Shown: positions 29,268-39,855 of the stretch, piece by piece
Layout of the letters: each line of letters opens with the position of its first letter
Position numbering within the stretch: position 1 is the first letter of the stretch
Origin: Anaerolineales bacterium
GTDB taxonomy: Bacteria > Chloroflexota > Anaerolineae > Anaerolineales > DRMV01
DNA length: 64,000 nucleotides
Reading direction: 5' to 3'
NCBI GenBank assembly: GCA_027023425.1
Contig: JALVVL010000004.1
Location: 214-64,213, forward strand
Notes under the pieces: generated by a model
Told to the model about the DNA's origin: nothing
What the model saw: the letters and a program-made list of their open reading frames with translations, nothing else
The model's database searches: none
Translations under genes and position numbers: made by a program

Positions 29268-30230
29268 TTAGCCGTTTTGTAGCAGTTTCAAGGTTGCGCC
29301 GATTACCCGCTCTACAGCAGATTGAAGGGGACCTGCGACGGTAGCGCCTGCGGCAGGGGCGTGGCCGCCGCCGCCAAATGAAACCGCCAGTTTGGAAACA
29401 TCCCAGCCGGGTTTAGCCCGCCAACTGACTTTGACCGCGCCGTCGGGTTGCTCAATCAGCACGACGGCAATTTGCGCTTCGCGGATTGTAGCCAGTTCGT
29501 TCACCAAATCGGCGTCGTCGCTGCCGGTGTAGCCCGCTATGCGGCGGTCTTCAGCCGTGAGGTATGTCCAAACCACGCCGTCCTTTCGTTTGAGTCGGCT
29601 TAGCCCTTGTCCCCAGTAGCGCAAGGCCTCAAACGATGTTTCCACCAATGCTTTGTAGTAAAGTTCGCTGATAGGGGCGCCCCTATCCACCAAATCGGCC
29701 GCGATGCGGAGGGCTTTGGAGTTCATGTTGGAGGTGCGGAAGCCGATTGTGTCGGTGATCGTGCCGGTGAGCAGGGCAGAGGCGGCTTCGGGGGTAATTT
29801 CAAAACCCCATTGCGGCAAAAGTTCGGCAATCAGCGCAGCGGCGGCGACGGCTTCGCCGTCAACCACGTTGATTTCGGCGTAGTGTGTGTTGGTGATGTG
29901 GTGGTCAATGTTGATGTGGACGGGGGCGTCTTCTTTCCATGCATCGCCGACGCGTTCGCGGTCGGCGCTATCCACGAATACCACGGTGTCGGCTTCGTAG
30001 TCGCCCACGGGTTGCACTTCTGCCGCGCCGGGGAGGTGCTGGAAGGAGCGCGGCACGCCGTCCGCCAACGCCACGGTGACGGTTTTGCCCGCGGCGCGCA
30101 GTGCCGCCGCCAAGCCCAACGCCGAGCCGACCGCATCGCCATCGGGGCGGATGTGGGAAACGATTGTGAGGCGGCGCGCTCGGTGCAGGCGCTCGCCCGC
30201 GGCGGCTATGGATTCGGCGTCAGGCTTCAT
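29268..30230 (-). CDS. nrnA: DHH/DHHA1 oligoribonuclease / pAp phosphatase
   Basis: HIRPDGDA, NIDHH, FGGGGH; position in the rbfA-truB operon. Confidence 0.92.
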   Translation of the reverse strand: MKPDAESIAAAGERLHRARRLTIVSHIRPDGDAVGSALGLAAALRAAGKTVTVALADGVPRSFQHLPGAAEVQPVGDYEADTVVFVDSADRERVGDAWKEDAPVHINIDHHITNTHYAEINVVDGEAVAAAALIAELLPQWGFEITPEAASALLTGTITDTIGFRTSNMNSKALRIAADLVDRGAPISELYYKALVETSFEALRYWGQGLSRLKRKDGVVWTYLTAEDRRIAGYTGSDDADLVNELATIREAQIAVVLIEQPDGAVKVSWRAKPGWDVSKLAVSFGGGGHAPAAGATVAGPLQSAVERVIGATLKLLQNG

Positions 30231-30639
30231 CGTTTTTGCCTTCCTCGGCGGCGCTTGGCGTTTCACCCTCTTCGGCGGCTTCCTTTTGCTCCCGCTCTTG
30301 GGCAATTTGCTTGAGCAGTTGCTCAATGCGCTCGGCGCGCTCGGGCGTTGGGTCCCAGTGAAAGCGCAAGCGGGGCATTTGGCGGATTTCCACCCGCGCT
30401 GCTAACTGGCTCCGCAAAAAGCCGCGGGCATGCTCCAGCCCTGCAAGGATTTCGTCCTTGCGTTCCGAGCCTTCCACTGCCGAAACGAAAATGTCGGCAT
30501 AGGCAAGTTCGCGGTCTACGGAAACGTCGGTCACGGTAACGCCTTGCAGGCGCGGGTCGGCGACTTCGTAGAGCAGCATGGTTGCCAGTTCTTCTTTCAT
30601 CCGCTCATTGATACGACGCAGTCGCAGTTTGGAGACCAT
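30220..30639 (-). CDS. rbfA: ribosome-binding factor A
   Basis: VADPRL, VTVTDV, PRLRFHWD; follows infB. Confidence 0.95.
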   Translation of the reverse strand: MVSKLRLRRINERMKEELATMLLYEVADPRLQGVTVTDVSVDRELAYADIFVSAVEGSERKDEILAGLEHARGFLRSQLAARVEIRQMPRLRFHWDPTPERAERIEQLLKQIAQEREQKEAAEEGETPSAAEEGKNDEA

Positions 30640-30641
30640 TT

Positions 30642-32450
30642 TTACCACCCGCTTTCTTGGGCTTCGGTGCGGCTTTTGGTGAAGCATTCAATTGTGTCGC
30701 CCACCTGAAAATCTTGGAAGCCCTTGAGCGCGATGCCGCATTCGTAGCCGGCGCGGATTTCGCGCACATCCTCTTTGCCGTGCTTCAGCGAGGCGAGGGG
30801 GCCTTCAAACAGCACTTCGCCGTTGCGGATGACGCGCGCCAGTGCGTTGCGTCGCACCACGCCTTCGCGCACGCGGCAACCGGCCACTTTGCCCACCTTG
30901 GGCACTTTGAAGATGGCGAGCACTTCGGCTTTGCCGATGACGGTTTCCTCTTCCTTGCCGCCCAGCATACCGGCGAGCGCCTTTTCTAAGTCCTCGGTGA
31001 GGCGGTAGATGATGTTGTAGGTGCGGATGGAGACGCCAAGGCTTTCGGCAAGTTTGCGTGCGGCGGCGTCGGGGCGCACATTGAAGCCTATCACCACGGC
31101 TTTTGAAGCCGCGGCGAGGTTCACATCGTTTTCGCTGATGTGCCCCACGTCCGCATGCAAAATGCGCACTTTGATGTCGCTCTTTGAGGCGACTTCTTCA
31201 ATGGAGTTGACCACCGGCTCAAGCGAGCCGTGCACATCCACCTTGACCACAAGGCGCAGTTCGTTGATTTCGCCTGCTTGCACTTGGTTGAACAGGTCTT
31301 CAAGCGAAACTCGGCGTTGTTCCTTGAGTTGGCGCTCTTTGATTTCCTCCAAGCGCTTTTCTACGATTTGGCGGGCGACTTTTTCGTCTTTCACCACTTG
31401 GAAGAGTTCGCCCGCGGCGGGCACATCATTGAAGCCGGTAACTTGCACGGGTTTGGAAGGTTCGGCGGCGCGCACCGGGCGGCCGCGGTCATCGGTCATA
31501 GCGCGGATTTTGGCGTAGGTCGTTCCCGCCACAATAACCTGCCGAAGTTTGAGCGTGCCGTTTTGGACGAGCAACGTGGCAACCACGCCGCGCCCTTTTT
31601 CACGGCTGGCTTCAATCACCGTGCCGATGACTTTGCCGTTGGGGTTGGCGCGGATGTTCATGCTTTCGGCAACGAGCAAAATCGCCTCAAGCAGGTCGTC
31701 AATGCCCTCACCGAGTTTGGCCGAAACCGGCACGACCATTGTGTCGCCGCCCCATTCATCGGGCACAAGCCCCACGTCGGCAAGTTGGCGCTTGACGCGC
31801 TCGGGGTTGGCGTTTGGGCGGTCAATTTTGTTGAGGGCGACGATGATGGGTACATGCGCGGCTTTGGCGTGGGCAATTGCTTCTTTGGTTTGCGGCATTA
31901 CGCCGTCGTCCGCGGCGACCACGAGCACCACAATATCCGCGCCCTGAGCGCCGCGGGCGCGCATTGAGGTGAACGCCGCATGGCCGGGGGTATCCAAAAA
32001 TGTGATTTTTTGCCCGTTGTGCTCAACTTGGTACGCGCCGATGTGCTGGGTGATGCCGCCGGCTTCGCGCTCCGCCACGTTTGTATGGCGGATGGCGTCA
32101 AGCAGGGTGGTCTTGCCGTGGTCAACGTGCCCAAGCACGGCAACAACCGGCGGGCGCGGCTGCAGCGCCTCTTCCGGTTCATTGGCTATCAACTGCCGCC
32201 AAAGCGGAATTTCAGCCTCGGCTTCGGTTTGAAGTTCCTCTTCTTCTTCCTCCGGCACGACCTCGTAGCCCATTTCGGTGGCTACGATTTCGGCGGTTTC
32301 AAAGTCTATCGTCTGGTTGATGGAAGCCATCACGCCGTTTGCCATCAGGGTTTTGATAACCGTGATGGGGCTGGCGTGCAGCGCGGTCGCCAGATCGCGC
32401 ACAGTGAGGCTGGAGGGAAGTTTTATCGGCTCCTGCCCGTTATCGCTCAT
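30642..32450 (-). CDS. infB: translation initiation factor IF-2 (short form)
   Basis: [28 protein letters not shown]. Confidence 0.98.
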   Translation of the reverse strand: MSDNGQEPIKLPSSLTVRDLATALHASPITVIKTLMANGVMASINQTIDFETAEIVATEMGYEVVPEEEEEELQTEAEAEIPLWRQLIANEPEEALQPRPPVVAVLGHVDHGKTTLLDAIRHTNVAEREAGGITQHIGAYQVEHNGQKITFLDTPGHAAFTSMRARGAQGADIVVLVVAADDGVMPQTKEAIAHAKAAHVPIIVALNKIDRPNANPERVKRQLADVGLVPDEWGGDTMVVPVSAKLGEGIDDLLEAILLVAESMNIRANPNGKVIGTVIEASREKGRGVVATLLVQNGTLKLRQVIVAGTTYAKIRAMTDDRGRPVRAAEPSKPVQVTGFNDVPAAGELFQVVKDEKVARQIVEKRLEEIKERQLKEQRRVSLEDLFNQVQAGEINELRLVVKVDVHGSLEPVVNSIEEVASKSDIKVRILHADVGHISENDVNLAAASKAVVIGFNVRPDAAARKLAESLGVSIRTYNIIYRLTEDLEKALAGMLGGKEEETVIGKAEVLAIFKVPKVGKVAGCRVREGVVRRNALARVIRNGEVLFEGPLASLKHGKEDVREIRAGYECGIALKGFQDFQVGDTIECFTKSRTEAQESGW

Positions 32451-32544
32451 GTGTACCTCCTCAAGTGTATGCGCCGCGCGCTACACCTAATAGCCTCAAA
32501 ACGAGAGGCAGGGGAATGAAGGCTCTTGGGAGGCCTTCGTGGTG

Positions 32545-32850
32545 TTATTTGTCCGCGTTTTCTTCGTCTGTGTCGTTGGGGAGCATTTCCATGAACGCGC
32601 GCATCCGTGCTATGTCGTCTTCAGTAAGGGTAACGCGCAGGGCGCGCGCAAGGGTGCCTTTTTTCAAGGCTTGCTCCCAGCAAGAACGGCGGTCGTGTAA
32701 ATAAGCGCCGCGCCCGGGTAACCGACCGGTCAAGTCCACCCTGAGACCTTCGGGTGTGTAAACCAGCCGCACCAATTGGCGTTTTGCCAAAGTGCGGTGG
32801 CAACCCACACACGTCCGTTGAGGGGTGTGCTTACCGCGCTTCTTTGCCAC
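32545..32850 (-). CDS. ylxR: YlxR/RnpM family RNA-binding protein
   Basis: PQRTCVGC, GRGAYL; lies between nusA and infB. Confidence 0.92.
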   Translation of the reverse strand: MAKKRGKHTPQRTCVGCHRTLAKRQLVRLVYTPEGLRVDLTGRLPGRGAYLHDRRSCWEQALKKGTLARALRVTLTEDDIARMRAFMEMLPNDTDEENADK

Positions 32851-32866
32851 TCCAACACCTCAGTAA

Positions 32867-33021
32867 CAGGATCTGCGCAGTTCCCCTGCTTTGTGTCGCC
32901 GCGAGGCGGTCGTAGACCGCCGAAGCGGTCTCCTCCATCATCTGGGGGATGGCTTCGCCGCCTACGGCGGCTCGCCATGACATGAAAGCAAGCGCTTCTA
33001 CGAGCAACTGCGTAAGTCCTG
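32867..33021. mobile_element. ~155-bp MITE, copy 2 (reverse orientation)
   Basis: CAGG...TGCGTAAGTCCTG; 7-bp direct repeat TCAGTAA on both sides, which duplicates the nusA stop. Confidence 0.88.
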
Positions 33022-34926
33022 TCAGTAATCCCATTCATCCTCCCAATCATCGCGCTTATGGCGTTTGAGGGGGATGAGGTCTTCCTCGTTTTCACCGTAA
33101 GCCATTTCAACAAAGCGGCTGCCTTTTTTCTTTTTCTTCTTTTTCTTTTTGGCCTTGCTGGTTTCTACTTCTTCCTCTTCTTCCACCTCGGGGATGTCTC
33201 CCGTAATTTCAACTTGTGAGAAAAGTTCTTCCAGCGAAGGTTCTTCTTCTTTTTCTTCGGGCTCTTCGGGTTGTCCCTCAGTGGGAGGTTCTTCGGTGGT
33301 TTTTTCTTCCGTAGGCTGGGTTTCAGTTTCTACCGGCGCGGGAGGCTCTTCGGCTTTCGGCTCTTTTTCCGCTTCGGGGGATGTGGGGGTTTCGGCCTGC
33401 TCGGCAGGTTGTTCCTCGGCGGGCGCTTGTTCTTCTTCAAACAGTGCCAATGTGGATTGGATTTGCTCCATTGACTTCGGACCAATTCCCTCAAGTGCCA
33501 AAATTTCATCGGGGTTGAGTTTCATTTGGAGCATCAGGTCGCCGATGGAGTTGTAGCCTGCGTTGGTGAGGGTGATTATGAGGCGCGGCGAAAGGCCAAG
33601 CACGTCCAGCGGCAGTTCAAAGGCATCGTCGGGGATGGTGGCGCGGATTTCGGCGCGCTTTTGAGCTTCTTCGGAAAGAGCGGCCTCGCGCTGCGCTATC
33701 CAGCCGCGCTCAACGCGTTCCACAAACTGGATGAGCAGGCGATATTCTTCGGGGGCAATCAGGCGGCCTTCGGCTTTCTTGGCGAGCACGGCTTCCACTT
33801 TTTCCATTGTTTCGGCTTCCGCCTGAGCCATTTCGGCATATTCGGGGTCGGTTTGGAGTTTGTGGAGGGCGTCGGCGGCGGCCTCGGGCAGGCTCTTGAT
33901 GTCAATGCGCCAAGCGGTCAGTTTGGCCGCGAGGCGCGCGTTTTGCCCCTGCCGCCCGATGGCGAGGCTCAGTTGGTCTTCTGGCACCACAACTGTAGCG
34001 GTGCGGATTTCCGCTTTTTCGTCCAAGTACACGCCGAGCACCTGCGCCGGGCTTAGGGCTTTGGCGATGAACACGTGGGGGTCTGGGTCCCACTGGATGA
34101 CGTCAATTTTTTCGCCGTGGAGTTCGCGCATGATGGCTTGGATGCGGACGCCGCGCAGGCCAACGCACGCCCCCACGGGGTCTATGTTGGGTGCAATGGC
34201 CGAGACGGCGACCTTGGAGCGCTTTCCGGCTTCGCGAGCGATGGCGCGAATTTCCACCTCGCCGCGGTAAATTTCGGGCACTTCTTCTTCAAGCAGGCGG
34301 CGCAGGTAGTTTTTGTGGGCGCGCGAAAGCACAATTTGAGGTCCTTTGTTCCCCGGCTTCACTTCCAGCAAAAGGGCGCGCAGGCGGTCATGCACCCTAA
34401 AGCGCTCGCCCGGAATTTGCTCTTTGCGCGGCAAAATCGCTTCGGCGTTCTTTTCCAACCCTACGATCAGCCCGTTGGGGCGCACGGCTTGGACGATGCC
34501 GCCGATTATTTCGCCCACCATTTTGCTGAAATACTCGTACTGGATTTCGCGCTCCACTTCGCGCAGCCGCTGTTGCAGGACTTGACGCGCTGTTTGCGCG
34601 GCAACCCGCCCCAAAGTCGGCGGCGTTACCTCCACCATCACGACATCGCCAAGCGTAACCTCGGGGTCTATTTGTTCCGCTTCTTCAAGTGAAATTTCGG
34701 TGGCCGGATTTTCCACCTGAGAGACCACTTCTTTTTCCGCCCAGAGGCGGTAAGTGCCTTTTTCTAAATCAAGTTCTACATCAACGCGCTGTGAACCCGG
34801 CGCGCCCACTTCTTTGCGATAAGCCGCGGCAAGGGCGCGTTTAATCACGTCCATCACCGCTTCTTCCGGCAACTGCCGCGCTCCCAGCAGTTCGTTGAAT
34901 GCCAGTAGTAGTTCGCTTTTTGCCAT
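33022..34926 (-). CDS. nusA: transcription termination factor NusA with extended C-terminus
   Basis: [39 protein letters not shown]; HhH-like domain and acidic tail. Confidence 0.97.
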   Translation of the reverse strand: MAKSELLLAFNELLGARQLPEEAVMDVIKRALAAAYRKEVGAPGSQRVDVELDLEKGTYRLWAEKEVVSQVENPATEISLEEAEQIDPEVTLGDVVMVEVTPPTLGRVAAQTARQVLQQRLREVEREIQYEYFSKMVGEIIGGIVQAVRPNGLIVGLEKNAEAILPRKEQIPGERFRVHDRLRALLLEVKPGNKGPQIVLSRAHKNYLRRLLEEEVPEIYRGEVEIRAIAREAGKRSKVAVSAIAPNIDPVGACVGLRGVRIQAIMRELHGEKIDVIQWDPDPHVFIAKALSPAQVLGVYLDEKAEIRTATVVVPEDQLSLAIGRQGQNARLAAKLTAWRIDIKSLPEAAADALHKLQTDPEYAEMAQAEAETMEKVEAVLAKKAEGRLIAPEEYRLLIQFVERVERGWIAQREAALSEEAQKRAEIRATIPDDAFELPLDVLGLSPRLIITLTNAGYNSIGDLMLQMKLNPDEILALEGIGPKSMEQIQSTLALFEEEQAPAEEQPAEQAETPTSPEAEKEPKAEEPPAPVETETQPTEEKTTEEPPTEGQPEEPEEKEEEPSLEELFSQVEITGDIPEVEEEEEVETSKAKKKKKKKKKGSRFVEMAYGENEEDLIPLKRHKRDDWEDEWDY

Positions 34927-35000
34927 TTTTCTGTTTTCTCCACGGTCAAGCAGTATGGGGGCGTCCGTGGTGTCGGAGGTAACTTCCCATAAATACACAG

Positions 35001-35023
35001 AAAAGTGGGGAAAACCCACTTTT
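35001..35023 (-). promoter_or_regulatory. leader hairpin upstream of nusA
   Basis: AAAAGTGGG-loop-CCCACTTTT. Confidence 0.5.
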
Positions 35024-35055
35024 CAGCCAGCAACCACGGCCTTCCCCCGAGTGCA

Positions 35056-35084
35056 ATTTTAGCACAGTAGGGGGTGCGAGGCAA
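35056..35084 (-). promoter_or_regulatory. sigma70-type promoter of the nusA operon
   Basis: TTGCCT-17 bp-TAAAAT with TGn extension on the minus strand. Confidence 0.65.
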
Positions 35085-35229
35085 GGATTTTTGAAATTAG
35101 CCCCCTGCCGACCGGTTGGTAAGTGTTGGGCGCCCGGGAATGGCATTGTAATTTGGCGGCCAAGATGGCGTCAAAGGCAGTATAATCTTGGTAAACCTCC
35201 GTAGCACTTTGCCCTGTAGGAGTTTTGCA

Positions 35230-35418
35230 ATGAGTGTACCGCTTTCTTTGCTAAATAACCCCATTTTGCTTTTCATACTCATCATTATCGGCATAGCGCT
35301 GGTGGTGGGTTTGTTCAAGTTTGTGATAAAAACCGTGTGGCACTTGGTGTTTTGGTGCTGTTTTGTGGCGGTTTTAGTCGGAATTGGAGTCGTGATAGGC
35401 AAGTACTTTTTGCATTAG
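35230..35418 (+). CDS. small two-TM membrane protein
   Basis: AGGAG RBS, TATAAT upstream, two hydrophobic stretches. Confidence 0.6.
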   Translation: MSVPLSLLNNPILLFILIIIGIALVVGLFKFVIKTVWHLVFWCCFVAVLVGIGVVIGKYFLH

Positions 35419-35444
35419 TAGCCGTTCGGCCTCGGCAAGGAGGG

Positions 35445-35990
35445 ACCACGGATTACGCAGATTGAAATAGAAAAACCACAGAAGACACAGAAACGCCACA
35501 GAAAACACAGAAATTTTCTCTCTGCATCTCTGCGTTATCATCCACAGATTGGCACAGATTTACACCGATTAGATTTGGAGTAAACCGCAGATTTCGCAGA
35601 TTACGCAGAACAATCTGCGCTAATCTGTGTAATCTGTGGTTTTTCTCTCTGCGCCTCTGTGTTCCTCTGCGTCTCTGCGTTATCATCCACCGATTGGCAC
35701 AGATTTACACCGATTAGATTTGGGGTAAACCGCAGATTACACAGATTACGCAGAACAATCCGTGCTAATCTGTGTAATCTGTGGTTTTTCTCTCTGCGCC
35801 TCTGTGTTCCTCTGCGTCTCTGCGTTATCATCCACAGATTGGCACAGATTTACACCGATTAGATTTGGGGTAAACCGCAGATTTCGCAGATTACGCAGAA
35901 CAATCTGCGCTAATCTGTGTAATCTGTGGTTTTTCTCTCTGCGCCTCTGTGTTCCTCTGCGCCTTTGCGTTACCCTTGGCGTTAATCACG
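35445..35990. repeat. mosaic array containing 3 x 145-bp tandem repeat
   Basis: TGCGTTATCATCCAC recurs at 35531, 35676 and 35821; partial unit at 35966. Confidence 0.92.
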
Positions 35991-36039
35991 GTTACCGCCC
36001 TAATGCCGCCGATGGTTTGAAAGCCGAAACGGAGAGGTT

Positions 36040-37167
36040 ATGAAACCAATTACGATAAACGAAGCCCGTCAATGGTACGATGACGACCCTACGCACGGCT
36101 TTGGGCACGTCTTGCGTGTGTTGCGCTTGGCGGAGTTTTTAGCCGAGCGAGAAGGGGCGGATGCTGAAATCGTGCGCGCCGCCGCCCTTTTGCACGACGC
36201 CCACGGTGCGGCCGACTCCGCTCATGGGGATGAGCGGGCCTCCCACCACCTTGCCTCGGCGGAATTTGCCCGCCGCGTGCTTGTGGCCAAGGGATGGCCT
36301 GAGGAGAAAATTGCCGCCGTTGTGGAGGCGATCCGCTCGCACCGCTTTCGCGCGGGCGCTGAGCCGCAGAGCATTGAAGCCAAAGTGCTTTACGATGCTG
36401 ATAAATTGGACGCCATAGGAGCGGTGGGGGCGGCGCGCGCGGTCGCTTATGCGGCTACGCACGGCCAGCCAGTTTATGCTTGCCCATCCGAGCATTTCAT
36501 AGCAACCGGTGAAACCGAGCCGGATGAGCCTCACAGCGCCTACCACGAATTTTTGTTCAAACTGCGCCGCATTCGCGACCGCCTGCATACGCCCACGGCG
36601 CGCTCAATCGCCGTCCGCCGCGATGAGGTGATGCGGGCTTATTTCCAAGCCCTTGCCGATGAAATGGAAGGCCGCGATTTCGCCGCCGATGAGTTCGCGG
36701 CGCCTGAGGCGTTGCTCGCCCCATTGCTGGTGGAGCGCGGTTGGCGGCTCGCGACCGCCGAATCTTGCACTGGTGGCCTAATCGGAAGCCGCATTACCGA
36801 CATCCCCGGCTCGTCTGCTTACTTTGCCGGCGGCATAATTGCCTATGCTTACGATGCCAAGGTGCGGCTTTTGGGGGTGCCGTGGTCGGTGCTGGAAGCG
36901 CACGGTGCGGTCAGCGAGCCTGTGGTGCGCTACATGGCCGAGGGAGCGCGGCGGGCACTCGCGGCCGAAGTCGGGGTCGCGGTCAGCGGCATTGCTGGCC
37001 CGGGCGGTGGGAGCCCGACCAAGCCGGTCGGCACAACTTGGATTGCCCTTAGCACGCCTCAAGACACGTGGGCACGCCGCTTTGTTTGGCCTCACGATCG
37101 CATTGGCAACAAAAAAGCCACCGCTGAACGGGCGCTGCGGTGGCTTGTGGAAGTTTTGAGCGCATAG
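36040..37167 (+). CDS. HD-domain protein fused to PncC/CinA-C (NMN deamidase)
   Basis: H..GHVLRV, AALLHD, DADKLDAIG; then ATAESCTGG, GAVSE, SGIAGPGGG. Confidence 0.88.
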   Translation: MKPITINEARQWYDDDPTHGFGHVLRVLRLAEFLAEREGADAEIVRAAALLHDAHGAADSAHGDERASHHLASAEFARRVLVAKGWPEEKIAAVVEAIRSHRFRAGAEPQSIEAKVLYDADKLDAIGAVGAARAVAYAATHGQPVYACPSEHFIATGETEPDEPHSAYHEFLFKLRRIRDRLHTPTARSIAVRRDEVMRAYFQALADEMEGRDFAADEFAAPEALLAPLLVERGWRLATAESCTGGLIGSRITDIPGSSAYFAGGIIAYAYDAKVRLLGVPWSVLEAHGAVSEPVVRYMAEGARRALAAEVGVAVSGIAGPGGGSPTKPVGTTWIALSTPQDTWARRFVWPHDRIGNKKATAERALRWLVEVLSA

Positions 37168-37173
37168 CGGGGA

Positions 37174-37785
37174 CTATTTCAGCCGCGCCAGCAAAATTTT
37201 GCGGATTTGCTCTTGGATTTCCGCGCGCGGGAGCGTGCCGTCAATTCGCACCCAGCGTTGCGGTTCGGCCGCGGCAAGGCGCTTGTAGCCTTCGCGCACG
37301 CGTCTGTGGAAAGTGAGGGCTTCGCTGTCAAGCCGGTTTTTGCTGTCCAGCCGCGCCAGCCCCTCCTCAACCGGCAAATCCAGCCAAAAAGTGAGGTCAG
37401 GCCAAAGCCCGCCGGTGGCGTAGTCAATCAAGCGCCGCAGTTCGGACACGTCTTCGCCGCGGGCGTAGCCCTGATATGCCAATGTGGAATCCGCATAGCG
37501 GTCGCAAAGCACCACTTTGCCCGCTTTGAGCGCTGGGCGGATCAGTTCCTCCACGTGCTGGGCGCGCGAGGCAAGGAAAAGGAGTACCTCGGTGCGCGGG
37601 TGCATTTCATCGTTGGCGTGGTCAAGCAAAATCCGCCGCACTTGGTCGCCGATGGGCGTGCCGCCGGGCTCACGGGTGAGCACCACGCTGTAGCCTTGTT
37701 CGCGCAAAAATTCGGCTAAAGCGCGTATTTGCGTGCTTTTGCCGCTTCCTTCGGTGCCTTCAAAGGTGACGAACAGTCCCCTCAT
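37174..37785 (-). CDS. tmk: thymidylate kinase
   Basis: FEGTEGSGKST, TREPGG, CDRY..S.LAYQG. Confidence 0.97.
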   Translation of the reverse strand: MRGLFVTFEGTEGSGKSTQIRALAEFLREQGYSVVLTREPGGTPIGDQVRRILLDHANDEMHPRTEVLLFLASRAQHVEELIRPALKAGKVVLCDRYADSTLAYQGYARGEDVSELRRLIDYATGGLWPDLTFWLDLPVEEGLARLDSKNRLDSEALTFHRRVREGYKRLAAAEPQRWVRIDGTLPRAEIQEQIRKILLARLK

Positions 37786-39371
37786 TCCCCCTCCCGATAA
37801 ATCCGCACACGGCGGAAGGGCTCGCGCCCGTGGGAGCGCGAGGTCAGGTGCGCTTCTTCGGCGAGCCGGTGTTGCATCCGGCGGATGTCGGAAGGGGCGG
37901 GCGTGAGGTCAACCCATTCCGCGCCGGCAAGTACTGCCTCTATCGCCGCTTGCGTTTCGGCGATGATTTGGTCAATGGTCATGTTTTCGGCTCGCGGCTC
38001 AAGGTGAAACAGTCCTTCAAGGAAGGATTCCATCTGCGCCACCGTGTTTGAGCGCAGGACGTGGATGGGCATGCCGCGGTTTTCGGCGTCTATGATGATG
38101 CGCGGGCGCTTGCGGTAGTAGGAGCGCAGGGTGACCAGCACCTCGGCGTCGCGCAGGTTATCCACCACCCGCGCGGGCACGTGCAGGTATTGGGCGGCTT
38201 TGCGCAGGCGGTTGCGCGCCACGCCGTGTGGGTAAATGCGGATGGGTTGCAGGCCGCGCCCGCCGGTGCGCCCGCGCTGGTTGGTGGGTGCTTCTTCGGG
38301 TTGCTCTTCGTTGAATGATTGCGTGCCCATGCGCTTTGGGCCGCGGCGGTCGCGGGCGTTTTCCTGTTTCAGTGTCACTTCCTCAATGTGAATTTCGCCG
38401 TTTTCGTCGCGATAGCGCAGTTCGGCGTGGAGCGGCGCTCCGCGGAGCAACGCGTCCACCGCTTCGGCGACATCTTTGTGCACCAACATGCGGTCGCGGT
38501 CTTGGATTTCAACCAAAATGTCAAACGTGGGTGGCGAGCGGCGCTCAAGCACGGTTTTTTGCGTGCCGCGGCGGCGGGCTTCTTCGTCCGAAAGCGTAAC
38601 CGACTCAATGCCGCCGACCAAATCCGAAAGCGTGGGGTTGAGGAGCAGGTTTTCCAGCGCGTTGCCGTGGGCGGTGGCGATGAGTTGCACGCCGCGCTCG
38701 GCAATGGTGCGCGCCGCCAGTGCCTCCAGTTCACGCCCGATTTCGTCAATCACGATGACTTCGGGGTTGTGGTTCTCCACCGCCTCAATCATCACCTCGT
38801 GCTGAAGCGAGGGCATCGGCACCTGCATACGACGGGCGCGCCCAACGGCGGGATGAGGCACATCGCCATCGCCGCCGATTTCGTTGGAAGTGTCCACAAT
38901 CACCACGCGCTTTTTCTCGGCTAAGATGCGCGCGGCTTCGCGCAAAAGGGTGGTTTTGCCTACGCCCGGGCGGCCGAGCAACAGCACGCTTTTGCCGCTT
39001 TCAATCAGGTCTTGGATGATGTCCACCGTGCCGTAAACGGCGCGACCGACGCGGCAGGTTAGCCCCACCACGGCGCCGCGGCGGTTGCGGATTGCCGCGA
39101 TGCGGTGCAGGGTGCGCTCAATGCCGGCGCGGTTATCTTCGTCAAAAGCGCCGACGCGCGCCACTACATAGTCAATTTCTTCGCGCGTAACCTCGCGGTC
39201 GCGCAACACAATTTCGCCGTGCGTAAAGCGCGCCGTCGGCACCCGCCCAAGGTCTAAAATCACTTCCAGCAGGTTGTCGGTGTCGTCCGCTTTTTCTACC
39301 GCTTGGGCGATTTCGGGTGGCAGAACTGCGAGAAGTGCGTGAAGGTCGTCGGTAATTTTGCGTTTGGTCAT
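37782..39371 (-). CDS. Ycf45/SpoIIIAA-like AAA ATPase with C-terminal R3H domain
   Basis: GRPGVGKTT, VDTSNEI, IDEIG, ATAHG; C-terminal RRMQH..S.S.G.EP.RRV. Confidence 0.88.
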   Translation of the reverse strand: MTKRKITDDLHALLAVLPPEIAQAVEKADDTDNLLEVILDLGRVPTARFTHGEIVLRDREVTREEIDYVVARVGAFDEDNRAGIERTLHRIAAIRNRRGAVVGLTCRVGRAVYGTVDIIQDLIESGKSVLLLGRPGVGKTTLLREAARILAEKKRVVIVDTSNEIGGDGDVPHPAVGRARRMQVPMPSLQHEVMIEAVENHNPEVIVIDEIGRELEALAARTIAERGVQLIATAHGNALENLLLNPTLSDLVGGIESVTLSDEEARRRGTQKTVLERRSPPTFDILVEIQDRDRMLVHKDVAEAVDALLRGAPLHAELRYRDENGEIHIEEVTLKQENARDRRGPKRMGTQSFNEEQPEEAPTNQRGRTGGRGLQPIRIYPHGVARNRLRKAAQYLHVPARVVDNLRDAEVLVTLRSYYRKRPRIIIDAENRGMPIHVLRSNTVAQMESFLEGLFHLEPRAENMTIDQIIAETQAAIEAVLAGAEWVDLTPAPSDIRRMQHRLAEEAHLTSRSHGREPFRRVRIYREGE

Positions 39372-39855
39372 GGGAATTATGAATTGCGAATTGCGAATTA
39401 GGAGTTGCGAGTTAGGTTGGTTGTTAGGTCGTATATTCGTTGGGTCGGGTGCACTATCCACCGATTGGCACAGATTTACACTGATTGAAGAAAGAAACAC
39501 AGAGAACACAGAGAACACAGAAAGAGAGAGGGATTGAGGTGCTGAGGGATTGGGGAGTTAGGTCGTTGAGTCGTTAGGTCGTAGGGTCGTAGGGTCGTAA
39601 TCTGCGTTAATCTATGGTTCTCATCCACCGATTGACACAGATTTACACCGATTGAAGAAAAACCACAGAGGACACAGAAATTTACAGAAAACACAGAAAT
39701 TTTTCCTTTGTGTTCTCTGCGCCTCTGCGTTTCTCTGCGTCTTTGCATTAATCTTGGCGTCCTTTGTGTCCTTGGCGCCCTTGGCGTTAACCTCTTTGCG
39801 CTCTCTGTGTCTCTGTTTCCTCTGCGTCTTTGCGTTAACCTTGGCGCCCTTGGCG
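39372..39855. repeat. mosaic micro-repeat array
   Basis: GAATTGC heptamers, TTAGGTCG octamers, CACAGA and CTTGGCG modules; includes the prmA stop. Confidence 0.9.

Noticed and set aside
33022-33028. nusA stop codon supplied by the MITE
   Set aside because: The TGA lies in the duplicated target TCAGTAA, so it is native sequence.
35445-35990. CRISPR array
   Set aside because: Units are near-identical over their full 145 bp, there are no unique spacers, and no cas genes are in the window. The other arrays also lack regular repeat-spacer spacing.
35418-35995. GTAGCCGTT / ACGGTTAC as TIRs enclosing the whole array (similar GTAACCATT at 8074)
   Set aside because: The match is short, there is no flanking duplication, and I found no partner for 8074.
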